Shown here: positions 38,013 through 51,110 of the stretch, one piece after another
How the letters are laid out: the number at the start of each line of letters is the position of its first letter
Numbering within the stretch: position 1 is the first letter of the stretch
Origin: Vicugna vicugna
Taxonomy: Eukaryota
NCBI GenBank assembly: GCA_013265495.1
Contig: MU058423.1
Span: forward strand, 3,921,061 to 3,985,060
Direction of reading: 5' to 3'
DNA: 64,000 bases
Translations under genes and position numbers: made by a program
Notes under the pieces: model-generated
Told to the model about the DNA's origin: nothing
Database searches by the model: none
What the model saw: the letters and a program-made list of their open reading frames with translations, nothing else

Positions 38013-39909
38013 AGATGCAGCAGGAGGCTTTGGAAAATCCCAGGAGACTGGCACGGGTAGCATCCTGCAGTAATAGCAGGGGTAGCTCTTTTTGCACCCC
38101 CCCCCCAGAAAACAGTAAAGGATAGAGAAGAGATCATGTGGACCCATAGCAAGGCTCAGTTCATTTTTAAAGTCAGAATAGTTTGAAGAGAGGAGGTTGA
38201 TCAGAGTAGAATAGCAGGAGGGTTTTGTAAGGTGAAGTAGAATTAAAGTGCAGGCAAGAATTTTTCTGTCTTCGGTTTTAAAGAACACCAGCCTCACTTG
38301 TCTGTCTTCTTTCCCCTGTGTTCTTGACCTTACCAGCTCTTGGCTTTCTCCGTAGGAGCTTTTTTTCTGCATAGTCAGCACTGAAAAGGCTGAGCCCCAC
38401 ACCATTCCTACAGAAGAGTTGAGGAGAATTCAAAGAAACACGTTGCAATAAGTAGCTTGGGGCCTAACTGTCACAGGATGCTTCTGTAAAATGGCGCTGC
38501 CAGCGGAAAGCCCCGACTCCACTTCCTGTGTAGCTGTGCCAACTGTAGGCTTCTCTTAAAAATATAAACTAAAGTTACTCTTGAACCTTAGAATTGCCTG
38601 TGAGACAACCTACATTCCTTTGAGAGTATATTTTTTCTTGAATTGTCACTTCCTCTTTTCCAGTCTGCACAAACGTAGATCCCAGGACGTGGCTCTCTGT
38701 TTTCCTTCCTCTCGCTACACGGAGGGAGGAGTTGATGGTGTGCTACGTGTTTCACACCTTTAATTCTTAATACAGGGTTTATACAGTCATCAGCTGCTTG
38801 GTGGCATAATTGTGGGGTGACAGTCAATGATGCTTACTCATGTACTGGGATTTTTGTATATTTTATTTTTAATTCTCATGAAAGATGTGTGGGGTACATT
38901 TTATGCACATCTTACAGGGGAGGAAGGTGCTCTAAGAGTTTAAAGCATGTGTTTGAGTTCACATCAGTGATAAATGCCAAAGCCAAGCTTTCAGCCACAG
39001 GTTTTAAAAAATGATATATATGGGTTTCCATAACCAGTAAAAGCATTAGACATTGTTAACAAAAAATTAGGATTCTTGCTGTGGGAGATGGGGGTGGGAG
39101 GCACATTTACTGAATCAGTGCACTTTATCAAGGAGGTTTATGTAGCCGGAGCGTCTCAGCCAGGGATCATGGCAGGTGCTCAGGGGAGTGAGGAAGTGGC
39201 TGCAGAGAGAATCCTGGTCTGAGTGAAGGACACACACTCTTACTTGCTCAGCTCAAGAGGGAGGGAGAGCATGACCTTGATGTCAGGGCTTTGAGGCAGG
39301 CGGAGTTTCGCTATTGCACGGAGAAATGTTTGGGTCCCAGACGAAGGAGGACCACCAGGTGGGCAAGGACTGGCAAGGCACATAGATGGCCCCTTGGGTC
39401 TCTGCCACCCTTGGGGTCACCGCAGTTCCAGGCAAGGAAGGAAGCTCATTCCCTGGAGCGTTCTAGATCTTTCATCAGTGTGTCTTGGATTTTCATATGA
39501 TTAGATAATAAAATCGTAGGAAAATATCAGAAAATGACCCAAACAAATGTAGTAAGTGCCACTTCTGGTTATTTTTGACACATACAGCACTGTCTTTCCT
39601 TACTGTCTTCATTAGTTTTTGTGTAGAAAACAGGATTTGGGCGTGATTTTGATATTTTCAATAATTTGCAGAGGTTGGTTACATTTTTCCATCTTGTGCT
39701 TTATTGTTGGTCATGTCGGTGTGTGTGTAATCCTCACAGAAACTGTCATCAGTCAGAGGGCTCAATCCTCAGTTACGGTAATATTTCTTACAGTAAATCT
39801 GTTTACACTATTTTGCATATAAATTGCATCTAACGTCTCAGGCAAATGCGGAGACCTTGCTGGATTCTGTTTCCTGCATTGTTGTGCCAGGACAGGCATG
39901 CTCTCAAGT

Positions 39910-40160
39910 GCAGTGTGTGGGAGGCCAGTGTAAGTGGTTGAGAAATCAGGCTTTGTCATTGGCGTCGCCCAGCCCTGCCACTTAGCGGTGCATCTTTGGG
40001 AAGCTGCTCAACCTCTGTGGCTTCCATCCGCCCTCGGTTGAGTCGGGATGGTATCGCTATCCACCTTCTGGAATTGCTGTACGTGGACTGACGGAGAGGA
40101 TGGATTTGTAGAGCAGCAGCACAGTGTCTGGCCCTTGGTGTGCACTTAATAAATCATCAC
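39910..40160 (+). mobile_element. MIR SINE
   Basis: cccagccctgccacttagc...tttgggaagctgctcaacctctgtg...gcacagtgtctggc...gcacttaataaat. Confidence 0.7.
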
Positions 40161-40374
40161 TGTTGTCATCACTCCCCTCGTCAGGATCGTGGGTCTGGGC
40201 AGGCGGGGAAGGCGAGCTGAAACCTGTAGAGGCAGGGCCTGGGCTTCAGCCTCATTAGGCCATTGGCGATGCTGTGGTCTTGTTTGTTCTGCCTTTAAGA
40301 ATCCAGTCCCATCAGAGCGGAGGAGCAGGGCAAGGTGCTAGCTCCCACATGTCTTGCTTATAATGCTTGTGTGC

Positions 40375-40620
40375 AGATTAATGGTGCATGGATTCCAGAG
40401 CTAGGCTGCCTGGATTTCAACCCAGTATCCCCTGTTTACCAGTTCTGTGACCTTGCTCAAGTCACTTAACCCCTCTGTGCTTTAACTTCCTTTTCTTCAA
40501 AATGAGGATCATAGTAAGCTTCACTTCACAGGATTATCATGAGGCTTAAATGAATTAATATATATTCAGCTCTGAGGATGTAACACATGGCAAGTGCTAT
40601 GTAAGTGTTAGCTAGTATTT
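40375..40620 (+). mobile_element. MIR SINE
   Basis: ctgtgaccttgctcaagtcacttaacccctctgtgc...aaaatgaggat...gaggcttaaatgaattaata. Confidence 0.85.
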
Positions 40621-43600
40621 TTGAAAGTAAAAGATTTTCAGTTTTCAGAAGATAATGGTAGATGTGAATTATACATAAAGATACTTGTGATATTTAAAAG
40701 ACTGTCGATGAATATTTAAAGAGAGCTGGCGGATAGTGCAACATCTTCAGAATAAGAAGCCAGTGCAGCTGGACTGGCTGAGAGGACACTGAGGCCCCTG
40801 CTAGCTTCTCTGGAATCATGCACACTTCCGAAGGTAGCTGGTGGAAATTTCAGTCCATAAGTTTGAGTGCAAGGGATGACGCCATGTAATAATTTTTCTT
40901 AAAATCAGCTTAATTCCAACCTTGAGCCCTTCCCTGCCCCCCACCTTGGTGTTTGAAGAATGTCTGTTCCTGACAGGCGGGTGGCTGAGGCTTACGGCCA
41001 GCCCTCCTAGGGGTCCCTGCAGCTTTGAGGTCTTGCTGTCTCCCTAGAGAAGCCACAGAGCAGTAAGTTCCTGGGCTCTCTTGTCCCCTTTTCCGCCTAG
41101 GGAACTGCCTGCCTCCTCTGTTGGCTTTGTCAAATGTTGACCCTTCCATCTTTCCAGTAATTCAGGTTTTGCAGAGGGCTGGGAGAATCAGTGATGTCCA
41201 AAAGCCTTTATTCTCAACCCTGCTCACTAAGGCAAGAAAACAAAGACCTTTGCTACCTGATTATGTGAGGGAGACAGGGAAGATACTGGGGGAATACACA
41301 CAGATTCGTATCTCAGGGCATGATCTGGCTACAAAAGCACAAGAGCCTGCGCGGGCAGATGGGAGCCACGGTGCTCTAGGTGCCGTGCTGCCTCTGGGAA
41401 CAGTGGCCTGTGTCCAGCATCAAGGCTGTCACCTGCCTTGTGTGGGGGGTGGTGACCACCTGAGGGGCCCACACACCCCTTCCCGAGTTGTACATGCTGC
41501 CTTGCTTCAGTGCACTCTGTATTCTCCAAGGGCTTGTGCTTTTGGGAAATAAGACATGAACTCTCTCCCCCCAGCCCTGCCCCCAGGGCCCCCCGCCCTC
41601 CCACCACCACTCAGAGAGTAAGCACTTTCTTAGTTATTCCTGAAGGCCTTTAGCCAGTTGTGTGACTTTGCTAAGTCAGTTCACTTTTCTGGGCTTTATT
41701 TCACTCCTGAAAATCGGTGGGTTGGATTTGGTGATTTCCAGTACCTATTCCAGGCTTAGCATCCTAAGATATTCACAGAGGAAGGGCGATGTGCAGGGGT
41801 GGAAGGAAGAGGAAGGTGGGGGCAGAAATGACTGGCATAAAAGGCCAGCACCCTCTGCCGGGCGTGCGGCGCTGCTTGTGCGTAGGGCGACTCTGGGAGC
41901 TTTCTGCAAAGCCCTCACCCCCCTTCCTCTTTGACTCCACGGTGTGCTGTCTGCTCCTTTCACTTACCACCGCCTCCCTTCCACAGGACATTTAGAGATC
42001 GTATCCACTGCCTTTGGTTTCCTTATTTACGCATCACTAGTGTAGGAACAAAGCAGTGAGGGTGAAAGTTTCCATGCCCGTTGAGCTCTGTGACTTTTCA
42101 GCAGGGAGGAATGTGGCATCAAAGGTTCACATCCTCCCTCTGGATCAGGTCAGGGCATGGGGGTCCCAGTGACCTGAAAGACATGGGCTCTGCCCCCAGC
42201 AGGGAAGGTCATGTGCAGTCAGGGAACGTAAGGCTGGTTTGGCTCCCGCCTTTGATCCCGTGTTATGATTGGAGAAGGACAGGTTTGTAGACAGTATGTT
42301 TGTGGGTTATGGTTATTGAGGTGTGTGCCCATCTCCACTGTAGACCAAGAGCTCCTTTCAGGAATATTTTATCACTGACATCACTAGGATTACTGGCCCA
42401 TGGTGATAAGAAAAATCAAACTGAATTTTAGTCAGTCTTATTATAGTTTTAAAATTCTCCTTAGACAATGCACACCTTATTATGTCGCCCCGTGTGGAAC
42501 ACTCCCAACCCTCTACTTTCCTGTAATCTTTCCTTCTCTCTCGCTCTCTCTCACACACACACACGCGCGCTCAACGGGTATTTAGTGAATGATTATTCAA
42601 TTTATTGACTATTGTAATAGTCTCTTAACTGTTCCTCTTGCCTCTAATCTTGACTTCCTTTATTGCTCCTCCATACTATCAGAAAAATGATTTGCCTAAA
42701 ATTTGGGAGAACATGGCCCCTCCTGCTTTACTTTCAGCCTGTCCCCAGAACCAGTCTACAGGATACTAAATATACAAGATCTGCTTCATACTGAACGTAT
42801 TCCTACTCCTCTTCTGCAATTTTTTGCATGCACAGAACTCTTTCTTGCCCCTGCACCTTAGCTCTTGCTTCTGGCCAAAATAACCTTACCCTCTTCTTTG
42901 ATTAACTCTTACTCATCTTTCTATCCTTTGTCCGTCTAAGCTCAGTCCAAGAAGCCCATCTTGTAATAGCTCACATCTGGTGTACTTTAGGCTTCTTCTC
43001 CCATGACAGCACTGCTGTCTATTTTTTGAAGTTTTCTGGTTGTGTGTCTCCTTTCTAAAATTTTTCGTAAGCTCCTTAATTAACAGCTCGAACTTCATCT
43101 TCTTCATGCTTACACTCAGAGTCTCAGGAACATGGTTGATGCTCAGGAGAACTATGTTGAACTGAATTGTGTGTTCAGCTTTGTAAGAAGGAACTCTGAT
43201 TTCTGATATGCAGATTCTCTAACCTCTTCGACAAACTGATGTATGCTGCTTCTTTTTTTGTTTGTTTTTTAATATATACCTAGGAAATTAAGAACATGGT
43301 TTGCTATGGAGGCCAGCAATCCTATTTTTATTAAATGCTTACTTTTCAGATTAGTGTATGTAAGCAATGAGAAGCGTTATATTTGAATATCAGTGAGTCT
43401 GCACCAGCTTTGTTAATTTTTTTCAGACCACAAGGACAATGGATAAAAGATTCTAAATCCATAGCAATATAGAACACAGACTGTGTATAAGGTGATATTT
43501 TGATAAATTTTACAAGAATCTTCACGTGAAATCATTTGTCTCTAATATCAACCACTCAGAGCCAAATTGAAACAATGGGAGTTTCATTTAGGGTCTGTAA

Positions 43601-44386
43601 GGGCTGCGGTAGAATGTCCCTGGGACATGACTGGCTGGAATTATAGTGGGGGACTGGCCGGTACAGAAAGGCAAGGCAACCACATTTTTCAGCAGAGATG
43701 AAATACTAGCAAACTCTTCATTTTGCAAATTGGCTTTTCTTCTTTTTTTTTTTCTTTTTAAACTCTGACCACTCTGTTGGCAATTATCTTGAATCAAATT
43801 GCATTTAATTTTGTGTCTCACATTCTAATTTTAATATATTTGGTGAAAGAGAAGTTCATACAGCCTTTTTTTTTCTCTCACTGTGCTTATTTTCAATCCA
43901 AATCTGCCTAGGGTTCAAAAAACTGGAGAAAGTTTAAGCTTAACCTTTAGAGGTTTCTGAAGACCCAGAGATATTTTCAAAGCCCCTCCAATGGAATGTT
44001 ATGTAAAGTAATTTTGTCAAGAGTAATTTTCTTGTACCACAAATACTTGATTTATGACAATGCATTTCTCTAATTTTTTTTATTATATAAGTTTCTCTAT
44101 AACCCCAGTTCATACAAGACTATTCGACAGTTCACATATTAAAATTCCACTTGACTATTCACAAATGGAAAGTATATTTTAAAGTCATTGAATAAACTTT
44201 GCATTATGTAATTACCACCTCCCCAGAGGCTTCCAGTGAATCCTAACTTACTGGCTGAGCTGCAGTAACACGTCCCGATTGTAAATGCATTCCAGGGTTT
44301 AATACAGTGATTACCACAGGTATCTTTAAAACACAAACTCTTTAACATGTTTAAAGTATCATTAGATTTATAAAGAACACTAATTG

Positions 44387-44860
44387 TTTTCTGTGAGTGC
44401 CTGTTTTGTAAATAAGTTTGTCTTTTTTTAGATTCCACATGTAAGTGATATCATATGATATTTTTCTTTCTCTTTCTGGCTTACTTCACTTAGAATGATG
44501 ATCTCCAGGTCCATCCATGTTGCTGCAGATGGCATTATCTTATTATTTTTTATGGCTGAGTAGTATTCCATTATATAAATATACCACAGCTTCTTTATCC
44601 AGTTACCAGGGGTGGGAAGGGATAAATTGGGAGCTTAAGATTTGCAGATATTAATTAATATATATAAAATAGATAAACAAGTTTATACTGTTTATCACAG
44701 GGAACTATATTCAATGTCTTGTAGTAACTTATTGTGAAAAAGAATATGAAAATGAATATACGTATGTTCCTATGACTGAAGCATTGTGCTGTACACCAGA
44801 AATTGACACAACATTGTAAAATGACTTTAATTCAATTAAAAGAAAAAGAGAGAGAGAGAG
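44387..44860 (+). mobile_element. L1 insertion with 5' inversion (44387-~44603 antisense; ~44602-44860 sense) and 13-bp TSD
   Basis: An antisense L1 3'UTR segment is fused to a sense L1 3' end. Flanks are agaacactaattg (44374-44386) and agaacactaactg (44861-44873). Confidence 0.92.
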
Positions 44861-46829
44861 AGAACACTAACTGAAAGACCCAGGGAGGCTTCAGGAAGAC
44901 AAAGCAGCCTTAGCAGCCTGGAAGCAGATGTGAGGAGACGGCTGTGAACAGTGGGAGTCTCGCTCCATGTCGGGGCACTCCTGTTTTCTAACTGACACCT
45001 GCCTCGTTCTCTAAGTGCTCATAACTGCCAGTGTTTTAAATAGTAGTTGGATAGAGTTAGAAACTTTTAGCTTCATTTCCTTGCCCATTACACATATGAC
45101 TAACATGTCTTTTTCTACCCATTAGGTACGCAGAGAACATGCTACTGTTAGCATTTTTCTCTGAAGCATGATATATTGCAGATTTTCCATGTGGTTAGTA
45201 AATGTTCTCATTAAAACCTTGTCATATAACCGGTCAGTCTGGTTGGATTTGGGGCATAAGAAACTGAACCAGTGGCCTTGAATAAAATCCCTTCAACTCT
45301 CAGTGCTTTTTACTTCAGGCAGACACTTTTTCCCCTCTATAGAAATTCCTTAAGGAAAAATCCAAATCAAGCAGAATGAAAATTGAGAAGGTATTCTTCA
45401 GCGCATAGTTTTTGAGCCTCTGTAATCTTTTTCTTTAAAAAAAAAAGTCATTTTTAAATATAACTTTAATTGGAGAAAGGGGGCTAGATCCTTTTATATC
45501 AGTGATGCTCTGGGCAGATACTTATGTTGACAGTCTCATTTTGCAAAATGGATTCAATGCTGAAAAAAAAAAAACATAGCAACTCGTTTTATTTAAATGG
45601 CACAATCACTGTAAACCACAGTGCCCTGGTTTTAGATTTCAAGTCTATACTATGTAAGCAGTTGGTCACGTTAGTAATTATAATTTCATTTGCTTTCAGA
45701 GCTATTGAACTCTTCTGCTTATAGGCACAAAATGACTTGAAAATCTAAACAATTATTTTTCATTTAGGAGAGAAAAATACCCCCAACCAGTCTGGGGTGC
45801 CAAGTTTACTTTTCTTGGTAGACACAGCTGGAGAAACTGGGGACTGCTGAGCCCCAGAGGACATTAGGCGTAGACGAGAGCTCCAGTTTCATGATCTTTG
45901 TTCTAAGGCCTTAGAGTCTTAAGTCACGACTTGGTTGAAGTAGAGAATTTCGCAACACGTGGTACGTTCAGAATGGCCCTGTGTTGCTATTATATTTGTA
46001 AAAGTGGAATTAGTCAAGAAAAACACTTTAAAACTTCTATTAAAATTATTTTTTAAATTTATTCTTTAATGATGAACGTTCACACAGCCTTTTATTTATT
46101 CAACAGACATTTGTTAAGAGATGACTGGGTACCAAACACCATACTGAGGATAGACAGTTGAGAAGTTCGTGGTCCCCGGCCTTGTGAATTTTATATTCCA
46201 GCAGGGAGGAAACAAAATAATGATATACAGTTTATGCTCAGTGCAGTAATTGCTGTAACAGTAATTCAGAAGGTTGTGAAACACACAGTAGAACAAAGCC
46301 GAAGCACCTGTTTGCCCGGGAGGGCTGGGAAGGCATCCCAGAGCTGGCACCCACGCCCGTGGGGACCGGGATGATGACAGAACTATTAGCAGGGCCCTGC
46401 ATGGTGGACGTGCATGGTTCACTTGGCCGGGAAGGTAGTGTGCCCTTTGGGTGCATGATGGGGAAATGGCAAGTGTGGTGTAGCCTGTGCCCACTTCTCA
46501 GAGGTGCCTGGTGAAGAGGGCTGGGTGGAGAGCTCCAACCAGCATCCCTTGGGGCCTTGCAGGTCCTGGCATGGAAAAGTGTCTTCACAGAGGAGGGAGA
46601 GCTTTGTCTTTGTACTGCTGTGCCACCTGCCTGCCCAGCCCGCCCTGAGCGGGTGCTCGCTGTGACTCACACACAAGTGGTATTGGCTAGAGGCAGCCAT
46701 GGTGGCTGGCGATTTGCTGTGGCGGGGTGGGGGCGTGGGTCGTGCCTGTGTTTGTGGTCAGCACAAGGAGTTGTGGACTTTATTTTGCAGGCAACTTGGT
46801 GTCATGGGAGGATTTTAACAACAACAAAA

Positions 46830-47220
46830 CTTTAATTAAAAAATTTTATAAGAGAAACCAATGTTAACTATAGAAAATTTAGATAAGTAGAAAGTTCTCA
46901 TAATTTACTAATCTTGGTATGAATACTTTGAACATTGTGATAAATGTCTTTGCAGACTTTTTTCTGTGCTTCTCTATACTTTTTTCTTAAAAAAAATGAT
47001 GTCTACAGTGATATTGCTGTTTTGTAACCTGCTTTTTTCCAGCAACATATTTGAACATGATTCTATATCATTAGGCAGTCTTCTGTGACATTATTTTTAA
47101 ATTTCACTTTGCTATTCAACTATAAGGATGTATCCTAGATTTAATTTAACCAATTCCCTACTGCTTTCCATTTAGATTGTTTCCAGTTTTTTTATATCAT
47201 AAACTGTACTGGAGTAAATA
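46830..47220 (-). mobile_element. Ancient L1 (L1ME-type) 3' region
   Basis: tgttttgtaacctgctttttt...atttaaccaattccctactg...catttagattgtttccagttttt. Confidence 0.65.
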
Positions 47221-50200
47221 TTTGAAAAGTAATCCTAATAATATTTTAGAAGTGAATTCTTCATAGTTCTTTAAAATGCCATATATTTTTATAATTTTAA
47301 TAAGAACATTTTTAAAGATTCCACTTCTTACAGAAAAAAAGTTTCATTTGCATACTGCTGCATAAACTACAGTCATGCTGGCAAGCTCTCACAGTGGGCT
47401 TTTTCCCCATCATAGGTCCCTGCCCTGAAACCTGATACGATTGTGCCCCCTTGCCATTTCCACAGCATTTGTAATTTTTCTACTGTAAAACTCATAATGC
47501 TTTGTAATAATTGCCTGGATAATTTTCTTTTCCTCTGTTAGATTCCAAGTTTTGTAGGGAAAGGACACGCCTACCTTGTTTATTACTCCCATTTCTAAGC
47601 ACAAAATAAGCATTTGAAAGGTTTTTTTAATTAACAAATTCAGGGATAAGTGGATGACTTAGGAAAAAATGAACAAATAGAAACTGAAAGCCAAAGAGCC
47701 AACAAATAAATTACTTCCTAAGGTCTCCCTCACTTTGCAGCCAGTGAATGATGTGTTTCATAAAGGGGTAAATGGGTGTAAAGTGAGGGTCGCCGTGTGT
47801 TGGAGAGGAAAGCTGTAAAGCCACATCACTGTGGCAGCCTGATGTGTATTTCTTTCTGTGAAGAGGTAGATGGCTGTCTAGAAAAACTGGCACATGTATT
47901 AGTTTCTTTCCTAGTTACTTTGTTTCAAAGCCAAGGGAGCTAAACCTCAATGTGCCTTCCCACTCACTTGAGATAATTAACACGAAAGAAACAATTATAC
48001 AACAGCCCAGCAAAAAGAAGTCTTCAAGTTTAGCACGGGGAAGTGGTCTTCTTTGTCAAAGCTGTTATTCAAAGAATAATAGCTGCATGAAAGGTCTTCA
48101 GGGAAGGGAATCCCCCTTTCTGAGCATTACAGAGTTTTCAACATGCTGTAGCCTGAAATTAGAGAGAACAAACTCGGGGAGGTTAAAACATGGCGTGGGG
48201 AAAGAAATGAGTAAATTACTGATGAATCAGATTCTCTGTGGGAATACTTTTAAGATGCCAAAGAATTTTAATTTCAGATGTAGGAGAGCTTTCCCTTGTA
48301 CCTAGTGGCATTTTAGACGCTTTCCTCTATATAGAGATGGAGGAAAGAAAAGTATAAATGTTTGCTGTTTTAAATGTATTGTTCTGGCCGTTTGTCAATT
48401 AAGCTTGTGAAGATGGATGGTAGGTAAGGTCTGGCTTAGCCGTCACCTCTTTTCTTTTTATCCTCCTCACTGGAGGCTTCATTACCTAGTCTGTAGATTT
48501 AACAGAAAACTGTATGTTTGAGCTCATGTATGAAAAGAAACCTTCAACAGAAAACAAAGAGCAGGTAATCATGTGTCCCTAAGACGTAACATAGTAACTG
48601 ATACATAGTAGCCGCTTAGCATTTCCAAAAAAAAGGCCAACTGGGGATATGTTTCTGTAGATTCTAACAATATTATGTAAAAATAGAAAACAATTTTGTA
48701 TTTAGGTACCTATAAGTAGTTATGTTTATGTAAAAATATAAGTGCTTTCTCATAAAAGAGAAACTGTGTTGTCAGTACTCCTGTACCTTAAAGAAGAAAG
48801 TTCCGAATCCCGGGTGGTTTTCTGTGTCGATATTGTAAAGTTCTAGAATCTGTAGGATGCTTAGAAGGGCAAGTGGTTCTTCTTTTTGAAAGGAGCATCT
48901 GTGGCCATTTATTTATTTATACAAGTGAATTTCTTTGATGAATTTACCTAATCCCCACTCATATTTTCTGTGTATAGCTTTTCAGTAACAAATCAAACCT
49001 TTTATTCTTTAGATGTATGTTTATAATGTTATGTTCTATATTTACATGTTAGTAACTTTACTGAGGACATTTAATTGAACAGGAGTAGTTTTCCATTAAA
49101 AAGACATATTGAAATATTATGCCCGGTAGGAGACGAGGCAAAATGACATTGAATGAAATGCTCGTGTCCTCATATAAATTCTATGTCAAAATAAAAACTA
49201 GGACCCAAACTGTAGGTTTTCTAGTTCTCTTGTGTGGCTGTGCTAATAGCAGTCAGTTGGCCATTTCTCTTATGTGACTGCACTGATAAAGTGATGGCGT
49301 AGTTACGTTGCTGGACATACATTTTCAATATTTCCTGTGAAACACCTGCGAGTATCACTGAATAGCAAGTCTGAAACTGCTGTTTTAATTTTCAGCTCTG
49401 TTTTCATGCTCACAGTTAATAGGCCTTTCATCATAGGATGCATGCTGTGAATCCCAGAAAACATTTTGTCCCAATCTTTGTGTTGAATTGTGTGTTTTCT
49501 GCTGCCTCTTATAGCTGTGTGGCACTTTGGTGACCTCTGGAGCAGTTTCATGGTGAGATCAAAAGTAACATGCTCAAGGTTATAGGAACCACTGGGGTGT
49601 CAAAGAGAATGTGTGCCCAGAGGCCAGTCCGAGGTCCTGGGTAAGACCATTCTTTCTTGGCCGTCCTCCTCTGTGACACTCATTACTACCTGAGGTAGCC
49701 TGAAAGGGAAAGTAAAGAGAACATAGGCTATGAAATTTGAAATTGTGCTTAGAAAAAAAAGAATCCTTATTTTTCGGCCGTGACTTTATAGATATGAAAT
49801 TTGCTCAGAAATGTCACCTTTCTACTGTATTGACCTGACCTTTGTTAGGTTGTTTTGTTTCATAAGCTAAAGTCTTACATTAATTATTCAAATAGAAATG
49901 ATTGTCTTCCTTGGAAAAATGTGTGATAGGTTATGCTGAGGCTGGCGGGTAGGCCTGTATGCAGGAGGGATGTTCATTCATCTTCTGCTCTCGGGGGACC
50001 CTCGCTGAGAGCTCTGCTGAAGGGCTGTCACGGGCAGACAGCGTGTATACCGGGGAAACGGGCGCTGCCCCCGGGGCAAGGAGCTTGGCTAATTTCTATT
50101 TAATAGGAACTCCCATTCATTAACAGTTTAGTGCCTTCAACTGTCATTCTTTGCATCTTATTCAGCAAGTTCAGACATAACCAAATGGTGAAGATTTGAA

Positions 50201-50559
50201 TAAAATTCCAAATATCAACGGCACTGTTACAGTGCATAGCAAGTTGTGTTTGCTGATTTCCATTCACTGAAAATACAGGTTTGTTGGTTTGTTTGTTTCT
50301 GTTTCTTGTAGCATTCATGATAAATACAGAAAAAACTACTTTTAAGGTCATTTAAAACTCTTCAAGTGGTAATTTATTAAAGGTCCTTTAAGTAAAATTT
50401 AAAAATACACCCGTGAAGCGTTTCAGACATACTAACAGTAATATGATACCTGCTGATATGCTTACTATTGAGAGTAAATAGATCTTAACATTTTGCTATT
50501 TGTAAACTCCTGCTCAGAAAGTTCCTTAAATTAAACAAAGCTTAGTGTTACTGATTTGT

Positions 50560-51110
50560 AAGATTTTTTACCAATTAAAGGGTATAGATTGATATTTCAC
50601 TGTTTTAAATTTCCCCGCTGGAAATAAATACCTGACACTGAGCATCTTTTCACATGTGTAAGGTTTATTCAGTTTTTCATATCTGAAGATTACCTGTTCA
50701 TATTCTCCCTTCCCTTTTTTTTTTTTTTTTTTGGTTGGGCTGTTTATATTTTTCCTTCTATGTTAGGAGTGTTTTATATATCCAGGATGCTAATCCTTTA
50801 GTTATATTAATTGTATGCATCTGCTTTTTCAGTGGTTTCTTTTTCCATTTTAAGTTTTAAAGGAAACAAATTTAGTGATCTTTTAGTATGTGCTTTCTGT
50901 GTCTTGCATAAGAAATCATTTCCTTCTCTACCTAATATCATAAGGATAGTTTAATATATTGTCTTCTAAAAGCTTTATAGTTTTGCTTTTTACACTTCAT
51001 CTTTCTTTCAGCTGGACATGTAGATGACTTGTTTCTAGGCTCTTTGGTCCATTGGTCTATTTCTCTGTTCTTACACTAATACTGCAGACTTTTCATTACT
51101 ATACTTTTTA
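50560..51110 (-). mobile_element. Ancient L1 ORF2 fragments
   Basis: tgagcatcttttcacatgtgta...ttacctgttcatattc...tcttctaaaagctttatagttttgc...tccattggtctatt. Confidence 0.7.

Noticed and set aside
37914..38405. 163-aa minus-strand ORF (longest in the track)
   Set aside because: Non-ATG start and no recognisable domain; a length like this is expected by chance in 64 kb.
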